IMG/VR virus record: IMGVR_UViG_3300049847_000321
Coordinates: 4,754 to 68,753 of that record
DNA: 64,000 nucleotides
Origin: a virus
Reading direction: 5' to 3' (one strand)
Each line of letters begins with the position of its first letter. Positions within the stretch are counted from its first letter, which is position 1. Positions 1 through 8,735 of the stretch are shown in pieces. The notes beneath the pieces are model-generated. The model searched no databases. It worked only from the letters and a program-made list of their open reading frames with translations, and was not told where the DNA came from. A program made the translations under genes and the position numbers.

Positions 1-264
1 GGCGCAACTATTTTTGGAGCTGACTATTTTGGTGAGTTTTGGGCGTTTGAACGATTTCGCAAATGCCCAACGGTTGACATCTATCATTTGAACCCACATA
101 AAACAAAACATTCTCAGGAAGAACATGATAAACACAATCGAATTCTTCTTAAAAAATGTGATGCGGTTGTGTTTTTTATAGAGGAGCCAATTGACAATAA
201 AACCAGAGACATTCTTGAATTGGCAAAGAAGATCAGGAAGCCCTTCAGAAAGGTGACGATATGA
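1..264 (+). CDS. Partial ORF (5' end outside window), possibly SLOG/YspA-like
   Basis: Frame +1 is open from base 1 to TGA at 262-264, overlapping the next ATG (ATGA). The C-terminus HNRILLKKCDAVVFF...ILELAKKIRKP resembles SLOG-family tails. Confidence 0.4.
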   Translation, partial: GATIFGADYFGEFWAFERFRKCPTVDIYHLNPHKTKHSQEEHDKHNRILLKKCDAVVFFIEEPIDNKTRDILELAKKIRKPFRKVTI

Positions 265-1196
265 CAGAGGAACTGTATAAAAAATGTCGGCCAACAAAGT
301 TCAATCAGGTGATCGGCCAAGAGAAAGCGATCCGAATTCTGACTTCTAAATTGAAGGCAGGTAAACTACCTAGAACGATTTTGTTGTCTGGACCTAGTGG
401 CTGTGGCAAAACAACCATTGCCAGAATTTTGATGAAGAAAGTAGGCTGTGTCGGTGAAGATGGAACAGAAGTCAACGGTGCCGACTTTCGCGGTATTGAT
501 AAGGCCCGCGAGATTAACCGACTCAAAGACTTGTCACCGATGTTCGGCAAGACTCGATGCTGGTTAATTGATGAAGTTCACCAGCTGACGAAAGAAAGTC
601 AATCGGCGTTGCTCAAGACTTTGGAAGATACGCCGAAGCATGTTTACTTTTTCCTGTGTACGAATGAACCTCAAAAGTTGATGAACACAATTAGAACCCG
701 CTGCCTTGAGATTCGAGTGGAGGCGATTAAAGACGATGACATGAAGGAATTGATTAGAAAGGTATTGAATGCAGAAAATATTCCAGAAGAAAATAAAATG
801 CCGGATGAAGTGTACGATTTGATTGTCGAAGTTGCAGAAGGTTCTGCCCGCAAAGCACTTGTACTATTGGACAGTATTATCAACATGACATCCGCAGACA
901 AAGCCATGCAAGCCATCAGGGCGTCGGACTCCCGAGCGCAGGCTATCGAATTGTGCCGGGCGTTGATTAAGCCAAAGCCTCAATGGACCGAAGTTCAGAA
1001 GATTCTTAAATCGGTTGACGAAGAACCGGAATCGCTACGTCGAATGATGTTGGGGTATTGTAATACGATCCTGCTCAGCGGGAATAGAAACCTACATGCT
1101 CGTGCCTACATGATTATGCAGGTTTTCCGCGATCATACTTATGATGCCGGCAAACCGGGGCTGACTGTTATGGCGTATGAAGTGTGCATTAGTTGA
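261..1196 (+). CDS. Clamp-loader AAA+ ATPase (DnaX/RFC-like)
   Basis: LYKKCRPTKFNQVIGQ N-terminus, Walker A SGPSGCGKTT, Walker B IDEVHQL, ALLKTLED, and SRC-like TIRTRC. Confidence 0.88.
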   Translation: MTEELYKKCRPTKFNQVIGQEKAIRILTSKLKAGKLPRTILLSGPSGCGKTTIARILMKKVGCVGEDGTEVNGADFRGIDKAREINRLKDLSPMFGKTRCWLIDEVHQLTKESQSALLKTLEDTPKHVYFFLCTNEPQKLMNTIRTRCLEIRVEAIKDDDMKELIRKVLNAENIPEENKMPDEVYDLIVEVAEGSARKALVLLDSIINMTSADKAMQAIRASDSRAQAIELCRALIKPKPQWTEVQKILKSVDEEPESLRRMMLGYCNTILLSGNRNLHARAYMIMQVFRDHTYDAGKPGLTVMAYEVCIS

Positions 1197-1244
1197 GGAC
1201 GCCCATGACCTACGATAATGTAGTATCAAAATCAGGAGAATGAA

Positions 1245-1742
1245 ATGACAAAACACAAACCAGAAGATGACATTTATAGCATTGACCCAGATCGACTGCC
1301 AGAAGAATGGGTTCGCCAGCCTGACCTTTATATTGAAGCTGCGTTGGAATTAGCTGACGCGAACCATAAAGTTGTTGAAGCCAAGATTGCATTCGACATT
1401 ACTAATGCTGAGGTTGAGTATTTGATACGTGATGATCCTGGTGCGTATGACATTAACAAGCCTACAGAAGGAGCGATTAGGAATGCGTTGATGGTTAACA
1501 AAAAGGTGCAGACTGCCAGAAAGTTATACAACCAAGCTGTGCACCATGCAGAGATTTGTTCAGCTCAAGTGAAGCGTCTTGAACACCGCAAAAAAGCCTT
1601 AGAGAATTTGGTCTATCTGAATGGCCAAATGGAATTCGCTGAACCTAGAGAGGGCAAAAACGACAAATACCGAGAACGCATCAACAAGACTAAGAAACAA
1701 CTGATTCGGGATAAGACACGTCTACCCGATGACAATGACTAA
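1245..1742 (+). CDS. UvsY-like recombination mediator (helical)
   Basis: 165-aa helical protein with a ...LEHRKKALENLV pattern, directly upstream of SSB and RecA-like genes. The synteny matches T4 uvsY/32/uvsX modules. Confidence 0.5.
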   Translation: MTKHKPEDDIYSIDPDRLPEEWVRQPDLYIEAALELADANHKVVEAKIAFDITNAEVEYLIRDDPGAYDINKPTEGAIRNALMVNKKVQTARKLYNQAVHHAEICSAQVKRLEHRKKALENLVYLNGQMEFAEPREGKNDKYRERINKTKKQLIRDKTRLPDDND

Positions 1743-1766
1743 CTTTTCACAAAGGAGAAATGAACG

Positions 1767-3209
1767 ATGGCATCTACCAAGGCCAAGAAAGATAAGAAGA
1801 AACGGGTTTACGCTGATGCTAAGAAACGTGTTCAGGATCATGAAGCAGGCTGGAAGCCCATAGCCTACAAAGTGCCTGAAGGTATGAAAGTGTTCAAATT
1901 TACTGAGGATAAACTTTATTCATTAGACATTATTCCTTTCATTGCTGGCGAAGGCAATCCGTATGCTAAGCCAGGTCAGATGACCTATGAGAGAACATAT
2001 TACGTTCATCCATTAGGTCCTGATGGTGAGAAGTACGGCTGCAACCGAGAAAATTTCGGAAAGCCATGTCCTGTTTGTACTAAGCGTGAAAAGTTTATGA
2101 TGCAACCAGGATTTGATAAAGACATTGCTAATGGCATGAGGCCAAAGGAACGTCAACTTTGGTTAGTTATCAATCGGGCAAAGAAGTCTGAAGGTGTTCA
2201 ATTTTTTGAGGCAGCACATTATGGTAAAGGTGCCGGCTTTGGTGAGATGCTCGATAATAAAATCGACGCTGCTAAAGAAGGCAGCCCACAAACCCGTTTC
2301 TTTTATTTAGATGACGGAATGACTCTTGAGGTTAAGTGTAAGAAGGATTCTTTCAAGAAAGCAACCTTCTTCAAGCCGACTAATATGGAGTTAGTTCCGC
2401 GTAAGTCTCAGTATGACGAGGATATGATTGACGATCAACCTTGTCTCGACGAGTGTATTCTGGAAGCCGACCAGAATGAAATGAAGAAGTACCTAGATGG
2501 CTTCGACGGCGAGGAGCCAGAACAAGAGGAGGATGAACCTGTGAAGAAGAATAAGGCCAAGGGTCGTGTTGAAGAAGATGAAGAATTGGACGAAGAGGAG
2601 GAAGAGAACGAAGAAGAGGAAGCCACTGCCCATTCGTTAGGTATCAAGAAAGGGTCTAATGTCAAGCACAAGAAATACGGTGTTTGCACTGTAGTCCACA
2701 TTTCTACTGACGGCACTTCACTTCGTTTGGAAGACGAAGATGAAGAGGTTCACAAGGGCGTAGCACCGAGTGAGTGTACGGTCATCAAGGCGAAGAAGAA
2801 AGTTGAGGAAGACGACGATGACGATGACGATGACGATGAACCCGTCAAGAAGAAAGGTAAAAAGAAAGTCGTCGAGGAGGAAGATGACGACGAAGAGGAA
2901 GATGATTCAGAAGATGATGACGATGTATCCGACGATGACGACGAGGATGACTCATCTGATGATGATGGTGATTCAGGAGATGATGATGAGGATGATGAGT
3001 CAGGAAATGATGATGATGACGAGGATGATGAAGATGAAAAACCTGTAAAGAAGAAAGGAAAGGCACCTGCAAAGGGCAAGAAGAAGGTCGTCGAAGAAGA
3101 GGAAGACGACGAGGAAGACGATGACATTCCCTTCGACGAAGATGAAGAGGAAGACGACGACGAAGAGGAGGAAGAAAAACCTGCTCCTAAGAAAAAGAAA
3201 AAGAAGTAG
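1767..3209 (+). CDS. ssDNA-binding protein (gp32-like) with very long charged tail
   Basis: N-terminal half has YYVH, CPVC Zn-like motif and RQLWLVINR, followed by about 240 aa of D/E and K blocks. Located in the recombination cluster. Confidence 0.7.
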   Translation: MASTKAKKDKKKRVYADAKKRVQDHEAGWKPIAYKVPEGMKVFKFTEDKLYSLDIIPFIAGEGNPYAKPGQMTYERTYYVHPLGPDGEKYGCNRENFGKPCPVCTKREKFMMQPGFDKDIANGMRPKERQLWLVINRAKKSEGVQFFEAAHYGKGAGFGEMLDNKIDAAKEGSPQTRFFYLDDGMTLEVKCKKDSFKKATFFKPTNMELVPRKSQYDEDMIDDQPCLDECILEADQNEMKKYLDGFDGEEPEQEEDEPVKKNKAKGRVEEDEELDEEEEENEEEEATAHSLGIKKGSNVKHKKYGVCTVVHISTDGTSLRLEDEDEEVHKGVAPSECTVIKAKKKVEEDDDDDDDDDEPVKKKGKKKVVEEEDDDEEEDDSEDDDDVSDDDDEDDSSDDDGDSGDDDEDDESGNDDDDEDDEDEKPVKKKGKAPAKGKKKVVEEEEDDEEDDDIPFDEDEEEDDDEEEEEKPAPKKKKKK

Positions 3210-3224
3210 GTTAATTTAGCAACC

Positions 3225-3253
3225 TGGGGGGCGTCGCCCGCCCCCCATTTTTT
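3225..3253 (+). terminator. Intrinsic terminator after SSB
   Basis: TGGGGGGCG-tcgcc-CGCCCCCCA followed by TTTTTT. Confidence 0.8.
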
Positions 3254-3263
3254 AGGAGGCCAT

Positions 3264-4352
3264 ATGAACCGAACCGAACAATTGAAGAAACAGCTTCTCA
3301 CCAAGCGTGAAGTCAAAGCACTTGACCCAAAAGAATTGCTTAGTTCAGGTTCAACTGTATTGAATCTGCTATGCACTGGTCGAACGACAGGCTTTATTCC
3401 AAAAGGCACTTATGCTCTGATTGTGGGCGACAGCGATGCAGGTAAGACTGTTGCTGCAGGTACGATTCTGGCAGAGGCGGCAAACAATCCAAACTTCGAT
3501 GATTACCGTTTGATTCTTGATGATCCAGAAATTATGACTCTCGACATTGAACATTTCTTCGGTAAGAAACTGGCAGAACGAATTGAGCGGCCAGCTGGAA
3601 CAGACGACGATCCAATTGTTTCAACAACAGTGGAAGAACTCTATGAACATCTTGATAAGGCTTTTGATAAAGGAAAAGGCAAACCATTTATTTATATTCT
3701 TGATTCCGAGAACATCTTGTCAAGTGACGCCGAAGCTAAGAAGATCGAAAAGACCAGAGCAGCTAGACGAAATCAACAGCAAGCCGCTGGTACGATGACT
3801 GACGACAAAGCCAAGGTGCACTCACGTCGCCTTCGCATCGTGCGAAACAATCTCAAGACGAACGGTAGCATTCTGATTATCATTTCACAGACAAGAGACA
3901 ATTTCGGATTCGGTGCACAGTTTGATCCGAAAACTAGAGCAGGTGGCTGGGCGTTGAAGTTCTACGCTAAGTTAGAGATATGGTTGTCAGTGCGGCAACA
4001 AATCACCAAACAAATCAAGGGCAAGAAACGACAGTTAGGAATCATCACAAAATTCAACGTCAAGAAAAACCATTTGACTGGAAAGAAAGGTTCTTGTTTA
4101 GTGCCAATCTTATGGTCACACGGAATTGACAATACTGGGGGTATGATTGATTATCTGATTGATGAAGGTCATTGGAAGGGCAGCGAAAATAACCTGCGTG
4201 CTTCTGAGTTCCGCTTCTCGGGTGCAAAAGAAGATTTGATTGCCCTGATAGAATCAAAGTCAAAGGAGCGTCAATTGCGCAAGATTGTAGGCCAGGTCTG
4301 GCGTGATCGACAGGCAGCGTGCATTGTAGAAAGAAAGGTGCGATATGAATAA
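3264..4352 (+). CDS. recA: RecA/UvsX-like recombinase
   Basis: LSSGSTVLN, Walker A GDSDAGKT, YILDS, IIISQTR, and AGGWALKFYAKLEIWL (RecA GGxALKFYA motif). Confidence 0.92.
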   Translation: MNRTEQLKKQLLTKREVKALDPKELLSSGSTVLNLLCTGRTTGFIPKGTYALIVGDSDAGKTVAAGTILAEAANNPNFDDYRLILDDPEIMTLDIEHFFGKKLAERIERPAGTDDDPIVSTTVEELYEHLDKAFDKGKGKPFIYILDSENILSSDAEAKKIEKTRAARRNQQQAAGTMTDDKAKVHSRRLRIVRNNLKTNGSILIIISQTRDNFGFGAQFDPKTRAGGWALKFYAKLEIWLSVRQQITKQIKGKKRQLGIITKFNVKKNHLTGKKGSCLVPILWSHGIDNTGGMIDYLIDEGHWKGSENNLRASEFRFSGAKEDLIALIESKSKERQLRKIVGQVWRDRQAACIVERKVRYE

Positions 4353-4611
4353 CATAGTCCACACGGCGGGCAAAGTCGTATGCTATCAAGGTCGATTCAT
4401 TCAACGTTGTGCCATCTGTGGTTTGAAAATGATTGACACTCAAGGTCAAGAGTTGGCCCCCAGCGAAGGTCAAGTTGTGTCAGTTATTCATTGGCCTGAA
4501 GGTCAATTTGTCGAAGAAGAAAATGGTAAGTTTGAAGCGTATGAAATGGAAGCATGGGGCTACAGTCGTGGTAGATGGCCAGAAAATTGTTGTATCACTT
4601 TAGTGGAGTAA
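4345..4611 (+). CDS. Hypothetical protein (CxxC)
   Basis: 88-aa ORF overlapping the recA stop, within the operon. Confidence 0.6.
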   Translation: MNNIVHTAGKVVCYQGRFIQRCAICGLKMIDTQGQELAPSEGQVVSVIHWPEGQFVEEENGKFEAYEMEAWGYSRGRWPENCCITLVE

Positions 4612-4616
4612 CTATC

Positions 4617-4817
4617 ATGACCATGAATAAAATAGACCTTATCAACATTATTGAAGATTTGGAAGATTGGGGAAACGAAGTTATTGACAAATACCTTTCC
4701 GGATCAGGAGATTGTTTCTGTAAAGAAGGTAGATACATTTGTGAAAATCACACCCTAATTAATAGATTCCTTGATATTATAAAAAGAGGAGAAAGTAAAT
4801 GCCAAGAACCTGGATAG
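4617..4817 (+). CDS. Hypothetical protein
   Basis: GGAG upstream of ATG 4617; fills the gap in the operon. Confidence 0.55.
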   Translation: MTMNKIDLINIIEDLEDWGNEVIDKYLSGSGDCFCKEGRYICENHTLINRFLDIIKRGESKCQEPG

Positions 4818-5713
4818 TCATTGACGCAAACTACCTTTGTTGGCGGGCCTTTCATACAACGGGGCAACTGTCATTCGGTGAAAAGCCGACTGGCGTGATC
4901 TTTGGTTTCTTGAAGGCCGTCCGAGAAATGCAGAAGCTATTTGGTCAGAGAGTTGTGTTTGCTTTCGATCATGGTAAGAACATTCGATTGGAGAAACTGC
5001 CGGGCTACAAGTCAACCAGAAAAGCCATGCGAAAGAAAATGTCTGAGGAAGACAAAGAGAAGCACCTCAAGATGCAGAAGCAAATTGAATTGCTCAAAAC
5101 CAAGTATCTTCGTCAAGTCGGGTATCGCAATGTCTTTTATCAAGAAGGTTATGAAGCCGATGATATTATTGCATCGGTCGTATTAAACTCAATTCCCAAA
5201 ACTGATACAATCGTGATTGTGTCGGCCGACAAAGACCTGTATCAGTTGATTAGAAAGGATCGAATCACGATCTACAACCCACATCGAATGGTCCGAATGA
5301 ACGGTGAGTTGTTCACAAAAACATATGATCTATTGAATCCTAGACATTGGGTAGGTGTGAAAGCAATTGCAGGTTGCAGCACAGATGATATTCCCGGTGT
5401 GCCACATGTGGGTGAAAAGACGGCAATCAAGATTCTGAAACTTTTGGAAGAGTGTGCGAAGACACCGAGAGTATTAACATCGGGCGAATCTCACATGTTG
5501 GCCAAGAATGTCGAATTCCGAAATAGAACAAAACGCAACATGAAGTTGGTGAGACTGCCTTATCCGGGCTGCAAGACTTTCCAATTGTGGAAAGATAAGG
5601 TCACGTCTGACAAATGGAATGAGTTGATGAAAAATCTAGGAATGAAATCTTTGATCGGCAAAGATGATCCGGTTTCACGGCGTAAAGCTGCGCGACGTGG
5701 CTTTAATTTTTAA
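4799..5713 (+). CDS. 5'-3' exonuclease / flap endonuclease (PolA N-terminal, T4 RNase H-like)
   Basis: IVIDANYL, FAFDHG, GYKSTR, GYEADDIIAS, IVSADKDLYQL, GCSTDDIPGVPHVGEKTA. Confidence 0.93.
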   Translation: MPRTWIVIDANYLCWRAFHTTGQLSFGEKPTGVIFGFLKAVREMQKLFGQRVVFAFDHGKNIRLEKLPGYKSTRKAMRKKMSEEDKEKHLKMQKQIELLKTKYLRQVGYRNVFYQEGYEADDIIASVVLNSIPKTDTIVIVSADKDLYQLIRKDRITIYNPHRMVRMNGELFTKTYDLLNPRHWVGVKAIAGCSTDDIPGVPHVGEKTAIKILKLLEECAKTPRVLTSGESHMLAKNVEFRNRTKRNMKLVRLPYPGCKTFQLWKDKVTSDKWNELMKNLGMKSLIGKDDPVSRRKAARRGFNF

Positions 5714-5725
5714 GGAGACCAAGTA

Positions 5726-6376
5726 ATGAAACTAATACCACTAGCCCTTCTACGAAAGAAAGGTGCCTGCCAAAAGCAACTATCTCTGATAGAAAACGAA
5801 TGGCCTAGCGGCATACCGCTTACGCAAGAGACTGCCGAAAGGTTCCTAGAACTGGAACTTGATATTGACTGGGTAGTAGAGAACCTGCTGACTGAGCAAG
5901 AGCAGACAGAATGCGAAAGGATTCAACAACCTGCAAAAGCAGAATACGAAAGGATCGAACAACCTGCATTAGCAGAATACGAAAGGATCACACAACCTGC
6001 ATTAGCAGAATACGAAAGGATCACACAACCTGCAAAAGCAGAATACTTAAGGATCGAACAACCTGCATATGCAGAATACTTAAGGATCGAACAACTTGCA
6101 TTAGTAGAATACTTAAGGATTCAACAACCTGCAAAAGCAGAATACAATAGGATTCAACAACTTGCATCAGCAGAATACAAAAGGATCGAACAACCTGCAT
6201 GGGCAGAATACTTAAGGATTCAACAACCTGCATTAGCAGAATACAAAAGGATTCAACAACCTGCATTAGCAGAATACTTCAGGATTAAACAACCTGCATT
6301 AGCAGAATACAAAAGGAAGAAAGTCATGGCTATTCTGGAACTACTTCTCAAACGAAAGGAAGAAAACGGACAATGA
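5726..6376 (+). CDS. 11-aa repeat cassette protein, copy 1 (12 repeats)
   Basis: 60-aa head + 12 x (AEYxRIxQPAx) + AEYKRKKVMAILELLLKRKEENGQ. Left flank TAAGGAGACCAAGTAATG. Confidence 0.85.
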   Translation: MKLIPLALLRKKGACQKQLSLIENEWPSGIPLTQETAERFLELELDIDWVVENLLTEQEQTECERIQQPAKAEYERIEQPALAEYERITQPALAEYERITQPAKAEYLRIEQPAYAEYLRIEQLALVEYLRIQQPAKAEYNRIQQLASAEYKRIEQPAWAEYLRIQQPALAEYKRIQQPALAEYFRIKQPALAEYKRKKVMAILELLLKRKEENGQ

Positions 6377-6939
6377 ATACAATTAAGGAATTACGAACGT
6401 TCTTATCTAAATACGGTCGCAAAGATCACTTGGTGTATGTCGGCATTGATCCTGGCGTGAGCGGGGCAATCGGAATCATCATGGGCAAACGAGTGTTCTC
6501 TATGAACATTCCGGTCAAGAAGATAAAGGTGAATAAAAAGAACAGAAAGATTTTTGACCATGATTTGATTATCAAGATTTTCGACTTATTGGAAGAGTAT
6601 GAAGAAACCATGACGGTGATGCTTGAGACTGGTCAGTTACTATGGAACACAGCGTTTGCTTCTTTCTCAATTGGTGTAAGCTACGGCATGTGGCCTTTGT
6701 TTCTGAAATCAAAAGGTTTCAATTTCAAAGAAGTTGTGCCACAAGTCTGGAAGAAGCAGATGGGTTTAATTTCAAAGAAGAAAGGTGCCGTCGCCAAGAA
6801 AGAGCAGTCTCGAACCAAAGCCTTGAAGCTGTTCCCAGAATTAGATTTGAAGTTCAAAAAGGATCACGATAGGGCGGAAGCAATTCTACTGGCCGTCTAC
6901 GCGCGACACTTAGATAAAGGAGCATGGAATGCCGACTGA
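6373..6939 (+). CDS. ruvC: RuvC-like Holliday junction resolvase
   Basis: VGIDPGVSGAIG, VMLE, VPQVWKK, DHDRAEAILLA. Confidence 0.85.
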   Translation: MNTIKELRTFLSKYGRKDHLVYVGIDPGVSGAIGIIMGKRVFSMNIPVKKIKVNKKNRKIFDHDLIIKIFDLLEEYEETMTVMLETGQLLWNTAFASFSIGVSYGMWPLFLKSKGFNFKEVVPQVWKKQMGLISKKKGAVAKKEQSRTKALKLFPELDLKFKKDHDRAEAILLAVYARHLDKGAWNAD

Positions 6940-7105
6940 AAACAAAGCCAATGAAGGTGAGGTTTATGTTGACAACATCAAACCAAAAAAAGTAAGTATT
7001 CCGAACATAATCAAATGCCCAAATTGTGACCAAGAATCTCTCAAGCAAGTCGAACATACGAACACTTGGAAGTGTTCTGAATGTTCGTATAAGGAGGTGC
7101 GATGA
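6929..7105 (+). CDS. Small Zn-ribbon protein (58 aa, not in ORF track)
   Basis: AAGGAG upstream; CPNC...WKCSEC; stop overlaps the csrA start. Confidence 0.6.
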   Translation: MPTENKANEGEVYVDNIKPKKVSIPNIIKCPNCDQESLKQVEHTNTWKCSECSYKEVR

Positions 7106-7308
7106 TGTTGGTAACTGGCATGGCCCGAGGTGAGTCTGTAAAGATTGGTGACGATATTTACATAACCGTACTACCCAAAAATAGCAGGAGCTCAAAAATA
7201 CGATTAGGAATTCAAGCACCGAAAGCAATTCCAATCATACGATTGAAAAACAAAAGGCATTTTGTCAAGGAGGATGATCGTGGGGAAAATGAAATGCCTT
7301 CATTGTGA
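7105..7308 (+). CDS. csrA: CsrA/RsmA-like translational regulator (divergent)
   Basis: MLV...GESVKIGDDIYITVL...IRLGIQAPKAIPIIR; SD AAGGAGG 7 nt upstream. Confidence 0.85.
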   Translation: MLVTGMARGESVKIGDDIYITVLPKNSRSSKIRLGIQAPKAIPIIRLKNKRHFVKEDDRGENEMPSL

Positions 7309-7669
7309 AGAGGTTAAATTCATTCGATGCAGAGGGCTATGTAGTTCATGCCACTCGAACCCATATGTGTTGAAGAAATTCCCTTCTAAAAACAATAAAG
7401 ACACCTTACCTAATAACAAACAACTCAAAATACCCAAATATCCGACACTTGCCCCTGCGGGCTCCTTAGATAAAATTCAAGTGCTGATTCAACGGCGTGA
7501 TAATGGAGAAGATTTATGGCACCCATTAGATAATCCGAGAATGACAAATGAAATTCGAGTTTCTGGTTATCGTTCTAACAAAATTGAACGAATAGGGCAA
7601 CTACCAATTAGAGAAAGAAACAGAACCAATGCTAAAAAGTCTCGAACTAAAAAACTTCCAAAGACATAA
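7262..7669 (+). CDS. Hypothetical Zn-finger protein (true start probably 7280-7289)
   Basis: CLHC...RCRGLCSSCH motif. Confidence 0.65.
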   Translation: MSRRMIVGKMKCLHCEEVKFIRCRGLCSSCHSNPYVLKKFPSKNNKDTLPNNKQLKIPKYPTLAPAGSLDKIQVLIQRRDNGEDLWHPLDNPRMTNEIRVSGYRSNKIERIGQLPIRERNRTNAKKSRTKKLPKT

Positions 7670-8735
7670 GTATTATAAATTGGAGTTTGATCGTGTCACA
7701 ACAATCATCGGACCTAGTGATTCGGGTAAGTCGGCCATCATTAGGGCTTTGCGATTTGTCGCATTCAACAGACCTAACAATAAACGCATTATTAAACATG
7801 GGGCTTCCTGCGCATCTGTTAGATTGCACGTTGCCGGAAAAAGTATTTTACGCAAGCGTGGGAACAGACGAACAAACCTTTATCGAATTGATTCAAAAAC
7901 GTTTCGGGCGATCGGAAGTAAAGTTCCGGACGCCATAGCCAGTATTCTGAACCTTTCAGAAGTCAACTTTCAAAAACAACTTGATCTGCACTTTTGGTTT
8001 GCTGATACGCCAGGTCAAGTATCGAAGGCATTGAATCAGATTGTCAATCTAGGTAAGATTGACACCTCATTGGCTTACGTCGCCAATCTGCAACGAAAAA
8101 CCAAAGCCAAGATTGAAGTGCTGCAAGATTCGATTGCCGACCTGAAATCTGAGAAAAGTCAGTTAGATTGGGTTCCACGGTTTCTATCTGATTTGTCGGC
8201 ATTGTCGGCCATATTTGCCGATATGGCCAGTAATGGCCCTAGAATCGCTTTATTGGCATCGTGCGCCGAAAGTATGGCCAATAGCCTATCGGCCCGTGCG
8301 CGTGCGGCTAATGCGATTATAGGGGCTTCAAATGCCGTTCAAATTGGCAGTCGAGCCATTGACATACAGAACCGACGAATGAAGTTGAAACGACTTGTTT
8401 CTGACCTGAGTCATGCCATCAAACTGACGAACTTACCTATTCCTGATTTGAATGATTTGAACAAGCAACGAATTAAAGCGGATGCCATTGCCGATAAAAA
8501 TTTAGGTTTGTTTAATCTGATCCAAGAAATAAGAGAGGCTAATAAGAACCTATGCGAAGCAAAAGCGAGTCTGGAAGTAGAAGCAAGACAGTTAGAAAAG
8601 GTAACAAAGGGGAAATGTCCGACGTGCGGAAAAGAGTCATCGCAATTTCTTGCGGTGACTTACACTTCTCAGAAAAGGCACCTGTCGCCCGTGCAGAGAA
8701 GGAAGATTGGCTTGAAGTGCAAGCACGATACCTAA
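7629..8735 (+). CDS. Rad50/SbcC/gp46-like ATPase, N-terminal half (Walker A, coiled coil, Zn hook)
   Basis: LKSLELKNFQRH, GPSDSGKSAIIRAL, Q-loop NFQKQ, coiled coil, KCPTCG. No signature motif or Walker B. Confidence 0.88.
   Translation: MLKSLELKNFQRHKYYKLEFDRVTTIIGPSDSGKSAIIRALRFVAFNRPNNKRIIKHGASCASVRLHVAGKSILRKRGNRRTNLYRIDSKTFRAIGSKVPDAIASILNLSEVNFQKQLDLHFWFADTPGQVSKALNQIVNLGKIDTSLAYVANLQRKTKAKIEVLQDSIADLKSEKSQLDWVPRFLSDLSALSAIFADMASNGPRIALLASCAESMANSLSARARAANAIIGASNAVQIGSRAIDIQNRRMKLKRLVSDLSHAIKLTNLPIPDLNDLNKQRIKADAIADKNLGLFNLIQEIREANKNLCEAKASLEVEARQLEKVTKGKCPTCGKESSQFLAVTYTSQKRHLSPVQRRKIGLKCKHDT

Noticed and set aside
2435-3409. Poly-Ser and poly-His ORFs on the minus strand or in alternate frames
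   Set aside because: These are shadows of the GAY/GAR-rich acidic SSB tail.
5911-6266. Alternate-frame repeat ORFs (CISRIRKDRTT; LLMQVVES; YSAYAGCSIL), also at the other copies
   Set aside because: They follow automatically from a 33-bp repeat lacking stops in some frames. They have no SD and no conserved start or end across copies.
5726-6376. Cassettes as IS elements or MITEs
   Set aside because: No transposase motif and no terminal inverted repeats; the ends are direct repeats only.
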